Source: an uncultured Thermomicrobiales bacterium
GTDB taxonomy: Bacteria > Chloroflexota > Chloroflexia > Thermomicrobiales > CFX8
DNA length: 64,000 nucleotides
Direction of reading: 5' to 3'
Assembly: GCA_964462545.1 (NCBI GenBank)
Contig: CAYWXR010000010.1
Coordinates: forward strand, 49,801 to 113,800
In this document: positions 9,148 to 18,831 of the stretch, one piece after another
How positions within the stretch are numbered: position 1 is the first letter of the stretch
Layout of the letters: the number at the start of each line of letters is the position of its first letter
Made by a program: the position numbers and the translations under genes
Notes under the pieces: generated by a model
Seen by the model: the letters and a program-made list of their open reading frames with translations, nothing else
What the model was told of the DNA's origin: nothing
Databases searched by the model: none

Positions 9148-9699
9148 TTATGCTCCCTGATTCCCTGCTGCCCGCCCGCGTTGCTGGAATGCTTCGTCCA
9201 GCACCTTCTGGATGGTCTCCATCGAGAGGCGGTAATCCACTGGCCTCGGTCGTGCTCCGGAGCAGTCATCGCCGGCCAGCACGAGTCCATCTCGCAGTTC
9301 GGCAATCACGATACGTTCGAGTTTGCGCAGGTCTGCCTGGCGGCCAACCGCACGCAAGAGGTCTTCATACCCGGTTGGCGCAATTGGCGAAGCCTTCTCC
9401 CGGCGTTCTCCGGCTCCACGGGACTCCGTTGCCTGGATCATTCGCTCGGGATAAGTCGAATCCGCAAACTCGAGCAACTCTATGTCACGATCCTGCCGCC
9501 TGACTGTGCGGACGACGAAACCGCCTTCAACCTCCAGAATGATCATCGTACGGTAGCCCCCGAGATCCAGGGAACGACCAATCGAACGTAACCGGTTCTG
9601 GTAGTTCAACCTGAGCAGTTCAGGAGCAAGCTTGCGTGGTGCGCCATCCTGCCGCTCAGGGGCCGGTTCCGGGAAGGTCCGTCGTTCGCCTGTATCCAT
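9148..9699 (-). CDS. Hypothetical protein, paralog of 8681..9142 with the same duplicated module
   Basis: 183 aa from ATG 9699; NYQNRLRSIGRSLD... / GYEDLLRAVGRQAD... repeats; 5 nt from downstream paralog. Confidence 0.55.
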   Translation of the reverse strand: MDTGERRTFPEPAPERQDGAPRKLAPELLRLNYQNRLRSIGRSLDLGGYRTMIILEVEGGFVVRTVRRQDRDIELLEFADSTYPERMIQATESRGAGERREKASPIAPTGYEDLLRAVGRQADLRKLERIVIAELRDGLVLAGDDCSGARPRPVDYRLSMETIQKVLDEAFQQRGRAAGNQGA

Positions 9700-9852
9700 G
9701 TTCCGCACCTGCCAGTGAAATGCGCCTGTGAGACACAGACACGAGACAGACCGCACAACTGCATGTTCGCACCATCAGTTTACCGCGACGACAAGGGGGT
9801 TCGGGTACAATCCGCCCGGAACCTGCACGACGTGATCAGAGGAAAGGTCACC

Positions 9853-10185
9853 ATGCCGGAGAATAACCCCGGGGATACTAACCAGCCAGAACCGGTCAAG
9901 GAGCCGCCGGTCCCCCAACTCGCGGATGTGCCCGAAGAAGAGTGGGAATACTCCAACAGCCAGGCGTTTGCAGGTTGTGGTGTTGTCGGTGCCGTGGTGC
10001 TGGCCATCATCCTGCCGATCCTGCTCGGTCTTTTCATGAACAACCCCTGGGACCTGATCATCGGGTTCGGAGCGCCATCCATCCTCGGACTGTACTGCGC
10101 GTTCATCATCTACAAGATCACCAGGGAGAAGCGCCTCGAACGGCGCGAAAGTGGTGAAACTGCCAGTCACGACTCCGGATCCTGA
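9853..10185 (+). CDS. Small membrane protein (2 predicted TM helices), acidic/Pro-rich N-terminus
   Basis: 110 aa from ATG 9853 (GAGGAAAGG RBS); hydrophobic stretches GVVGAVVLAIILPILLGLF and LIIGFGAPSILGLYCAFIIY. Confidence 0.5.
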   Translation: MPENNPGDTNQPEPVKEPPVPQLADVPEEEWEYSNSQAFAGCGVVGAVVLAIILPILLGLFMNNPWDLIIGFGAPSILGLYCAFIIYKITREKRLERRESGETASHDSGS

Positions 10186-10220
10186 CCCGGGGTTGCTGCA
10201 GAACCAACACCGGGGCCACG

Positions 10221-10246
10221 GGAACCGCATACCGGTTGCTGACGTC
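10221..10246 (+). promoter_or_regulatory. ECF-type promoter-like motif upstream of the sigma factor gene
   Basis: GGAAC (10221-10225) - 17 nt - CGTC (10243-10246), the classic ECF -35/-10 pattern; about 180 nt upstream of the preferred start. Confidence 0.4.
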
Positions 10247-10426
10247 TATGGATTATGATCAACATGCTACCCCGTAACTGGTGATCGGGCATACCGGCGG
10301 TTACAACCGCGGTGAGATGGCAGGAAACAGGGTGAACCGGAAACTGATCCCGAAAACGTGCATCCTGTCCGGGCCTCGACGGCGTATATCTGTCAGAGGC
10401 TCCCGCTGGTGGGCGGGAGGCGCCCA

Positions 10427-11041
10427 ATGACCGAGCGAGCACGTCGCCCGCACTATCTTGGACGCGTCCCCGATCCGACAGAGTCTGACCAGGCAACCGA
10501 CGCCGAATTGATGCGCCGGGTTAGCCTGGGAGATGCCGGAGCGCTCGAGTCGCTGTATAGCCGTTACGCACGGGTGGTCTATTCATTCTCCTACCGGATT
10601 GTCCGGGATGGAGCGCTGGCAGAAGAGATCCTGCAGGAAGCCTTTGTCCGCACCTGGACCCAGGCCGACCGCTTCCGGACATCCCGGGGGAACTTCGCAA
10701 GCTGGCTTCTGAGTATCACCCACAATCTGGCGATTGATGAAGTCCGGAAACGCCAGCGCCGGCCACAGCGATCCGACGCAGTCGAAATCGGCGATGTCCT
10801 GTTCGGGTTGGTCGACGAATCGACCAATGTTGAAGAGGCCGTCGAGGCACGAGCACTTCGGGAACGGGTGACACGGGCGATGGAAACGTTGCCGGACGCC
10901 CAACGGGAGTCAGTTGAGCTCGCCTTCTTTGGTGGCTACTCCCAGCGGGAAATTGCAGCGATGCTCGATGAGCCGCTCGGCACCATCAAGACGCGAATTC
11001 GGCTTGGCCTCAGAAAGCTGACCAAGGCGCTGGAAGAGTAA
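10427..11041 (+). CDS. ECF (group 4) RNA polymerase sigma factor
   Basis: Sigma-70 region 2 (YSRYARVVYSFSYRIV...EEILQEAFVRTW) and region 4 (ELAFFGGYSQREIAAMLDEPLGTIKTRIRLGLRKL); ATG 10427 with GGGAGG 6 nt upstream. Confidence 0.85.
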   Translation: MTERARRPHYLGRVPDPTESDQATDAELMRRVSLGDAGALESLYSRYARVVYSFSYRIVRDGALAEEILQEAFVRTWTQADRFRTSRGNFASWLLSITHNLAIDEVRKRQRRPQRSDAVEIGDVLFGLVDESTNVEEAVEARALRERVTRAMETLPDAQRESVELAFFGGYSQREIAAMLDEPLGTIKTRIRLGLRKLTKALEE

Positions 11042-11046
11042 ACACC

Positions 11047-11931
11047 GTGCCACGCGGAGTATCACAACAACAGCAAAGCACCGCAGACGACGAATGTCAT
11101 GATCTGCCGGTGCCGGACACCGTCTCCGAAGAGATTTCGGAACTACTGGCCGGCTATGCGCTCCATGCACTCTCCGAAGAGGATGCTGAATTCGTCGAAC
11201 GCTACCTGCCGGACCGCCCCGCATGGCGTCACGAACTCGCCCGATTCCAGCAAACCGCCGGGATGCTGCCCTACGCCAGCGAACCGATGGATGTGCCGGT
11301 TCGTGCCAAGGCGAAGATCCTCGAACGCATAGACGCTCTGGCCATTGAATCCCAGGAAGAGGCACTGGCGCGGGCAAATTCACCACTCGGTGTCGTCCGC
11401 CGCATCGGTCAGGTACGCAACCACATTCCAAAAGTTGCCTGGGCAGCCGCCATTCCGACCACCGCACTGGCGGTGATCTTTATCATGGCGTCCATCCTCA
11501 TGCAGGAGCGCATCACCGAACAGCAAAACGAACTGGCCGCGTTCCAGCAGGAACAGGTGCGGGCAGGCGATGTGCTGCTGGCCGACAACAACCGCCAGCA
11601 GGTGGTGGAAATGGTGCAATCAAGCGCCGCCCCCCTTGCCCGTGGACGGCTGTTCATTGATCTCGATGAGAACACCGCAATGCTCGTTGTCCGGGATATG
11701 CCGCAGCCGGACGAAGGGCAACACTATGAGGTCTGGCTACACATCGGTTCCGGACTCAACGAGTACGCCCGGCTCGGCGAACTTGCGGTCGATTCGCTGG
11801 GTCGTGGGCAAATGATCCTGCAACCGCCGGACAACTTCGACCACTACCCGGTGGTACGCATCACCCTCGAAGCAAGTGATAGCTCGGGCCCACCAACCGG
11901 CCCGGAGGTCATGACCGGCGGCATCCGCTAG
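11047..11931 (+). CDS. Anti-sigma factor, RskA-like (single TM, C-terminal anti-sigma-K domain)
   Basis: Immediately downstream of ECF sigma; ELLAGYALHALSEEDAEFVERYL N-terminal anti-sigma pattern, central TM (AAAIPTTALAVIFIMASILM), C-terminal YEVWL-type RskA region; no HxxxCxxC zinc motif. Confidence 0.7.
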   Translation: MPRGVSQQQQSTADDECHDLPVPDTVSEEISELLAGYALHALSEEDAEFVERYLPDRPAWRHELARFQQTAGMLPYASEPMDVPVRAKAKILERIDALAIESQEEALARANSPLGVVRRIGQVRNHIPKVAWAAAIPTTALAVIFIMASILMQERITEQQNELAAFQQEQVRAGDVLLADNNRQQVVEMVQSSAAPLARGRLFIDLDENTAMLVVRDMPQPDEGQHYEVWLHIGSGLNEYARLGELAVDSLGRGQMILQPPDNFDHYPVVRITLEASDSSGPPTGPEVMTGGIR

Positions 11932-12033
11932 CCCCCCTCTTTGCCCTGAATCATTCCAACCTGCCACTGTGTCATGCACTACAATGCCCCGGACGACACA
12001 CAGGAACAGAAGAATCGACAGGAGCTGGGGATC

Positions 12034-12984
12034 ATGGGTTCACCTCGGATGCATCCGGATATGCAGGTGCTGCTCGAAGCTCGCGAAGCGACGAACGCCA
12101 GGCTTGGGCCACGCGGCGATGATGTCGCGGCCGCGAGACGGTGGTGGAACACCTATGCCGACATCCTCGCGCAACCACACCCGGAGGACATGACTGTCTT
12201 CGACCGGACCATTCCCACTGATGAGCGAGAGGTTCCGGTACGGGTCTATCAACCGGCGGGCAAGAGCGGGAAACGCCCGTGCATCATTTACATTCACGGC
12301 GGTGGATTCATGATGGGCGACCTCGACAGTTCCGATAGCAATGCCTGGGGATATGCCCAGGAAACCGGTGCGACGGTTGTCTCGGTAGACTACCGGCTCA
12401 CACCCGAACACCCGTATCCGGCAGGTTTGAACGACTGCTATGGCGTTTTACTCTGGCTGGCTGCCAACCCTGATGACGTAGGGATCGATGCTGATCGCAT
12501 CGCTGTCATTGGCGATAGTGCCGGGGCGACACTGAGCGCAGGAACGGCACTCAAGGCTCGTGACGAGAACGGCCCGAAGCTGGCAGCCCAGGGCCTCATC
12601 TTCGGCTCATTCGGTCTGCCCCAGGATTCCGGCTCGTACCTCGAGTTTGCTGATGGACTTGGCCTGACCCGGGCCAGCACCTTGAAGTTCCGCCAACTCT
12701 ACCTGCCCAACGGAACCGACAATGTTGAACCGTACGCGATGCCGCTGCGTGCTCCGGACCACGCCAACCTTCCGCCGGCACTGGTTCACTCCGCCGAAAT
12801 GGACCCGATCCGGGACGACGGACGTGCCTATGCAGCGAAACTGGCTCTCGCCGGCAACAATGTCACCTACCGCGAGGCGAAAGGCATGGTTCACGGTTTC
12901 CTGCGTGCAAGGTTCACCGGTGAGGCAGCACGTGCCGAATACATGGTTGCCTGCGACTTCCTGAAAGCACACCTGGGCGACTGA
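12034..12984 (+). CDS. Alpha/beta hydrolase, hormone-sensitive-lipase-family carboxylesterase
   Basis: HGGGF oxyanion motif (IYIHGGGFMMG) and GDSAG nucleophile elbow; ATG 12034 with AGGAG RBS. Confidence 0.85.
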   Translation: MGSPRMHPDMQVLLEAREATNARLGPRGDDVAAARRWWNTYADILAQPHPEDMTVFDRTIPTDEREVPVRVYQPAGKSGKRPCIIYIHGGGFMMGDLDSSDSNAWGYAQETGATVVSVDYRLTPEHPYPAGLNDCYGVLLWLAANPDDVGIDADRIAVIGDSAGATLSAGTALKARDENGPKLAAQGLIFGSFGLPQDSGSYLEFADGLGLTRASTLKFRQLYLPNGTDNVEPYAMPLRAPDHANLPPALVHSAEMDPIRDDGRAYAAKLALAGNNVTYREAKGMVHGFLRARFTGEAARAEYMVACDFLKAHLGD

Positions 12985-13011
12985 CCCGGTCGATCCCTGA
13001 CCAGAAACAAC

Positions 13012-13039
13012 GAGAGGGCGCACCGTGGTGCGCCCTCTC
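13012..13039. terminator. Bidirectional hairpin between convergent esterase and clpX
   Basis: GAGAGGGCGCAC-CGTG-GTGCGCCCTCTC perfect 12-bp stem. Confidence 0.6.
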
Positions 13040-13063
13040 TGCGTTCGTGTTGTATACGGTGAC

Positions 13064-14338
<1,275 letters not shown>

Positions 14339-14373
14339 GCGATGCCTTTCCCTGGATGCACCTGGCCCGAGCG

Positions 14374-15030
14374 TTACTCCTGGCTGGCACCGTTCTGTTC
14401 TGCTTCCGCCGCTCGCATTGCCTTCAGCTTTTCGAGCTTCGGAGATTCCAGCACGTGATCAACCAGGCCATATTCCTTGGCTTCTTCGGCCGAGAAATAC
14501 TTGTCGCGTTCGGTATCCCGCTTGATAACGTCGTATGGCTGACCGGTATGCAGCGCCATAATCTCCGTCATCCGGTGAGTCAGGCGCAGCGTCTCCTGTG
14601 CGACGATTTCGATGTCGGGGATGTTGCCCCGGAAACCGGCCGAGCCCTGGTGAATCAGAATGCGCGAGTTGGGCAGCGCGAACCGCTTGCCGTGGGTTCC
14701 GGCGGCCAGCAACACCGCACCCATGCTGGCGGTAAGGCCGCAGGCATAGGTACGCACGTCTGCATTGATTGACTGCATCGTGTCGTAGATGAACAGACCG
14801 TGGTAAACACTGCCGCCCGGCGAGTCAATGTACATCTGGATGTCCTGCTCGGGGTTGTCGTTATCAAGGAAGAGCAGTTGCGCGCTGATGAGGTTGGCGA
14901 TCTGGTCGTCGATCGGTGTTCCAACCACGATGATCCGGTCGCGAAGCAGCCGGGAGTAAATATCGTAGGCACGCTCGCCACGATTGGTGCTTTCGACCAC
15001 CATCGGAACGAGGTTCGTCGGCAAGTACAT
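14374..15030 (-). CDS. clpP: ATP-dependent Clp protease proteolytic subunit ClpP
   Basis: [28 protein letters not shown] and catalytic-Ser context [11 protein letters not shown]; start uncertain (ATG 15030 preferred; 15063/15099 possible). Confidence 0.9.
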   Translation of the reverse strand: MYLPTNLVPMVVESTNRGERAYDIYSRLLRDRIIVVGTPIDDQIANLISAQLLFLDNDNPEQDIQMYIDSPGGSVYHGLFIYDTMQSINADVRTYACGLTASMGAVLLAAGTHGKRFALPNSRILIHQGSAGFRGNIPDIEIVAQETLRLTHRMTEIMALHTGQPYDVIKRDTERDKYFSAEEAKEYGLVDHVLESPKLEKLKAMRAAEAEQNGASQE

Positions 15031-15101
15031 GTATCGATGGTCCTTTCGGCGCACGGGCGCCATCGTTTCCAGGATGTGCGCGCCGGAGAACCGGCGCACG
15101 A

Positions 15102-16640
15102 TCAGGATGTTTCGGTGTCGGCGTCCTCGTCGTCAGAAGATGCTTCTTCCGCATCACCTGCGTCGTCGGCTTCATCCCCGGAGTCTTCATCTTCTGCTTC
15201 TTCAGAAGATGCCTCATCTTCGGAAGCTTCCGCGCTGTCATCTTCCACGGAGGCCTCAACATCAACCACGGTCTCCTCTGCTTCCTCAGCATCGGCGTCC
15301 GCAGCTTCTTCTTCGTCTTGCTGGAGCAGTTTGGCGCCTTCACCGGTCACCGCTCCAACACCTTCGGTTGCGATCTCAATGATACGCTCAGTCATCCGGC
15401 GATCGTGGAGATCATTCTCCAGCCGTTCGCGGAAGTATTCGGAAGCGTAGATCGAGCGGAGCTGTTCGGCATTCGCCATGCCAGCCGTCATGCGGTCGAT
15501 CTCTGCTTCGATATCTTCATCGGTGACAGTCAGACCTTCGACCTCAGCAATCTGGTTCAGCACCAGTGTGTTGCGAACACGCCGTGCGGCATCCTCTCGC
15601 AACTCCTCGCGGAAGTCTTCTTCGGTCTTGTTGGTCATGGAGAGGAATGTCTCCAGGTCAGTCCCGGTCTGGGCGAGCCGTGAGCGGGTCTGGGTGACCT
15701 GGTTGTCGATTTCCATATCCACCATAGCCGCCGGCACGTCAACCTCGCTGACCTCGGCCATCTTGTTGACGATCTCGTTGACCACCTGGGTCTGGGCCTC
15801 GGTCACCTTGCCGCGCAGCAGGTCCTTGCGGACTTCCTCGCGCAATTCCTCGACCGATGCGATTTCACCGAACCGGCCGGCGAACTCATCATCAACTTCC
15901 GGCAGGTCACGGACATTGACGCTCTTCAGCGTGATCTCGTAACGCAGTGACTTGCCACGGATGTCGGGTGCAACTGACTCGTCATCCTCATCGAACGCCA
16001 GAGTCACTTCCTCGGACGTGCCAACTTCCATGTCCTTGATGGCATCTTCAAGAGCCTCGAACATGTTGGCCTCGCCGAGCACCCATGGCATATCCGTTGC
16101 CGGTTCCTGGAAGACCTCGTCGCCGTCATAGACAGTCATGTCAATGATGACCTGGTCGCCTTCCTGCGGCTTCCGCTCTTCATCCAGCGGAACCCACTCG
16201 GCAACGTTCTTGCGCATCGTTTCGATCGTCTCGTCGATTTCACTCTCTTCGACGTTGACCTCAACCGGATCGACCCGAACAGACTGGTAATCACCCAGCG
16301 TTACTTCCGGGTACACCTGCACAGTGACGGTGAAGGCAATCGGGTTGACTTCGGTGACGTTGACCTCCGGATCGGACACCGGGGTCAGGTTTTCCTGCTC
16401 CAGCGCACGCCGGTAGAGATCATCCATCATCCCCATTCCGGCTTCCTCGATGAGTGCGGTCTTGCCGACCATGCGCTCAACGATATGTCGCGGAGCCTTG
16501 CCCTTGCGGAAGCCTGGAATGTTGACGTCCCGAGCGATCTTGCGGTAGGCCGCATTCATCGCCTCGGCAAACTCGGCTTCGTCGGCTGCGATATCAAGAT
16601 AGGCGATGCTTCCGGCGCCCCTGGCAACAGTTACTTTCAA
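15102..16640 (-). CDS. tig: Trigger factor with ~70-aa poly-acidic C-terminal tail
   Basis: [11 protein letters not shown] ribosome-binding signature, PPIase and C-terminal domains; start set to TTG 16640 (GAGGT 7 nt upstream); tig-clpP-clpX synteny. Confidence 0.9.
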   Translation of the reverse strand: MKVTVARGAGSIAYLDIAADEAEFAEAMNAAYRKIARDVNIPGFRKGKAPRHIVERMVGKTALIEEAGMGMMDDLYRRALEQENLTPVSDPEVNVTEVNPIAFTVTVQVYPEVTLGDYQSVRVDPVEVNVEESEIDETIETMRKNVAEWVPLDEERKPQEGDQVIIDMTVYDGDEVFQEPATDMPWVLGEANMFEALEDAIKDMEVGTSEEVTLAFDEDDESVAPDIRGKSLRYEITLKSVNVRDLPEVDDEFAGRFGEIASVEELREEVRKDLLRGKVTEAQTQVVNEIVNKMAEVSEVDVPAAMVDMEIDNQVTQTRSRLAQTGTDLETFLSMTNKTEEDFREELREDAARRVRNTLVLNQIAEVEGLTVTDEDIEAEIDRMTAGMANAEQLRSIYASEYFRERLENDLHDRRMTERIIEIATEGVGAVTGEGAKLLQQDEEEAADADAEEAEETVVDVEASVEDDSAEASEDEASSEEAEDEDSGDEADDAGDAEEASSDDEDADTETS

Positions 16641-16790
16641 CGTGCTTACCTCAGATACGAACCAAGATTCAGACGCCGCGAGTATAGCAAAATACGCCAG
16701 TCTCCCGGCGGAAACGCGAATTCCGGGACGGTTCGGCACGACGGTGGTTGTTACAATCCAGAGTCGGAAAGCCACTTGCAGGAAGCGTAT

Positions 16791-17285
16791 ATGAGCACAC
16801 CAACCGGATCCTCTTCAATCCAGACCATATGGCAGCAGCAGCGACAGGCCGTCATGTACATGGGCCAGGCCCTGCACGACCAACTGCCGGAGGGAGACCC
16901 TCCGGTCAGCATTCATGGCCGTGAACTGGACCAGGCGTCCGAGGGAACCGGCTTCCAGTTCCAACTGACCATTAATGGATACCTCTATGATGGACGCTTC
17001 CGGGCAGCCTATTTTGTGGTCCAGGTGCAGATCATCAAACGCAAGGCAGGCCTGGGCTGGCTGGTGGATGCCATGCCCATCCTTGAGATCGAACACGGCA
17101 ACTACGATCTCTACAGCAAACAGACCCGTGAGTTTGCCTACCGTGACAGGACGGGTCTGGAGCATTTCATGCTCGATATTCTCGCCGGGCAGGCAGCAAC
17201 CTTCTTTGAAAATGTCCGGACCGGCACGCCGCCGGACGAAAAGGCGACCGTGTTCGGTGGCGGGCGAACGGAGCCGGTGCTCTAG
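16791..17285 (+). CDS. Hypothetical protein (164 aa)
   Basis: ATG 16791 (AGGAAG RBS); the track's 16485 start overlaps tig antisense and is rejected; no recognisable motif. Confidence 0.5.
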   Translation: MSTPTGSSSIQTIWQQQRQAVMYMGQALHDQLPEGDPPVSIHGRELDQASEGTGFQFQLTINGYLYDGRFRAAYFVVQVQIIKRKAGLGWLVDAMPILEIEHGNYDLYSKQTREFAYRDRTGLEHFMLDILAGQAATFFENVRTGTPPDEKATVFGGGRTEPVL

Positions 17286-17320
17286 GCAACGGCTGGTGTG
17301 GTGCGAAAGGCCCTCGGTAC

Positions 17321-18073
17321 ATGCGCACGGAGCACGATGACGAGTCCTATGGTGCTGAAGACCGGGAACATCACCCGCTGGTAGCGTTTTTTCAGCGTGC
17401 CATTATCCAGGATTGCGAACTCGTGCCATGGGGATCCAACTACACCTTCGGCGTGCTGCTTGAGGATCCTGAAGAGCACTTCGAACCGACCATCGCCATC
17501 TACAAACCGGCAGCCGGTGAAATACCGTTGTGGGACTTCCCGGACGACACGCTCTATCTCCGGGAATACGCCAGTTACCTCGTCTCAGAGGCGTTGGGCT
17601 GGCACATTGTGCCGGCAACAGTCATTCGCGACGGCCCTCACGGCATCGGGACAGTTCAGGAATATATCGAACCGGACCAGGATGCCAATTTCTTCAACTT
17701 CCGTGAGCAGTTCAGCTCCGAACTTCGCCGGATGGCTGTGTTCGACCTGATCACCAACAATGCCGATCGCAAGGCTGGCCACTGCCTTGTGGGTGTTCAT
17801 GACCGCCGGCTTTGGGGCATCGACCACGGCCTTACCTTCAATGTGGAACCCAAACTCCGAACCGTCATCTGGGACTTCCAGGATGAGCCAATCGACGACG
17901 CGCTTCTGGCTGATCTGGAACGGCTGGCAAACGACGAGCAACTCTTCGAAACGCTCCAGCGCTATCTTGATCCACTGGAGACACATGTTTTCCGATTGCG
18001 GATTCGCCACCTTCTGCAACATCCGGTGTTTCCGCAATTGATGAGCCGCCGGTCCATCCCTTGGGGCTTCTAA
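17321..18073 (+). CDS. PI3/PI4-kinase-like fold protein (SCO1664-type conserved hypothetical)
   Basis: 250 aa; catalytic-loop-like ITNNADRKAGHCL and DFG-like GIDHGLTF; KP motif (AIYKPAAGE). Confidence 0.6.
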   Translation: MRTEHDDESYGAEDREHHPLVAFFQRAIIQDCELVPWGSNYTFGVLLEDPEEHFEPTIAIYKPAAGEIPLWDFPDDTLYLREYASYLVSEALGWHIVPATVIRDGPHGIGTVQEYIEPDQDANFFNFREQFSSELRRMAVFDLITNNADRKAGHCLVGVHDRRLWGIDHGLTFNVEPKLRTVIWDFQDEPIDDALLADLERLANDEQLFETLQRYLDPLETHVFRLRIRHLLQHPVFPQLMSRRSIPWGF

Positions 18074-18080
18074 CTCCCTA

Positions 18081-18110
18081 TTGACCGTTGTGCAAGAATA
18101 TGGCTACTAT
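18081..18110 (+). promoter_or_regulatory. Putative promoter of the coxSLM-type operon
   Basis: TTGACC (18081-18086) - 18 nt - TACTAT (18105-18110); leaves a ~165-nt leader before coxS-like start. Confidence 0.4.
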
Positions 18111-18282
18111 CCACCTGTACCGTCGCAGGCAGTGCCGGACGCACTTACCGGGCATCTCGAGATCCGCTATCCGGGGAGATGGCGGCCCTCGGTATCGGAT
18201 GAACCGGACAGCGTAAAACCGGCATGTCGTTTCCCTGCCGGCGGGCAGGCCGTCGTTTGCGGAATCATCCGGAGGAGGGAAT

Positions 18283-18771
18283 ATGAAGCATTCGGTTTCG
18301 ATGACCGTGAACGGTGTCGAACGCCAGGGTGAGGTCGAATCCCGGACATTGCTGGTCCATTTCATTCGTGAAAACCTGGGACTCACCGGCACTCACATCG
18401 GTTGCGACACCAGCCAGTGCGGCGCTTGCACGATCCACCTCAACGGCCAGGCAGTGAAGTCCTGCACCGTTCTGGCGGTTCAGGCAGATGGCGCAGAAAT
18501 CACCACTATTGAAGGACTCGCCAAGGAGGGCGAACTGCACCCGGTCCAGGAAGGCTTCTGGGAAGAGCACGGCCTGCAGTGCGGATACTGCACGCCGGGC
18601 ATGATCATGACCAGCGTCGACCTGCTCAACCGCAACCCGAACCCGACCGAGGAAGAAATCCGCCACGGCATCGAAGGCAACCTGTGCCGCTGCACCGGTT
18701 ACCAGCACATCGTGAAGTCCATCCAGTTTGCAGCCAAGAAGATGGCAGCCACCGAGGCTGGTGACGACTAG
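18283..18771 (+). CDS. Mo-hydroxylase small subunit, [2Fe-2S]x2 (CoxS/XdhC-iron-sulfur type)
   Basis: [10 protein letters not shown] and CGYCTPG...CRCTGY cluster motifs; GGAGGAGGG RBS. Confidence 0.9.
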   Translation: MKHSVSMTVNGVERQGEVESRTLLVHFIRENLGLTGTHIGCDTSQCGACTIHLNGQAVKSCTVLAVQADGAEITTIEGLAKEGELHPVQEGFWEEHGLQCGYCTPGMIMTSVDLLNRNPNPTEEEIRHGIEGNLCRCTGYQHIVKSIQFAAKKMAATEAGDD

Positions 18772-18831
18772 ATCCAGCCTGTCCCAGCACTACCTTGAGT
18801 TGAATGTCCTGCAATAGAGCTGGAGGCTACC

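Noticed and set aside
15102-15450. Repetitive GAAGA/GACGA-rich DNA as a CRISPR-like or tandem-repeat locus
   Set aside because: There is no regular repeat-spacer periodicity. It is the coding sequence of the acidic trigger factor tail.
16485-16790. ORF-track start at 16485 for the 266-aa protein, and start at 16775 for trigger factor
   Set aside because: The two extensions overlap each other on opposite strands. RBS-supported starts (ATG 16791; TTG 16640) remove the overlap and give a canonical trigger factor N-terminus (MKVTV...).
18111-18282. Possible Moco riboswitch in the ~165-nt leader of the cox-type operon
   Set aside because: It is a tempting context, but I could not find the conserved Moco-motif sequence blocks by eye. 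It contains only generic GC-rich hairpins (for example CCTGCC-GGCG-GGCAGG). Checking it needs a covariance-model scan.
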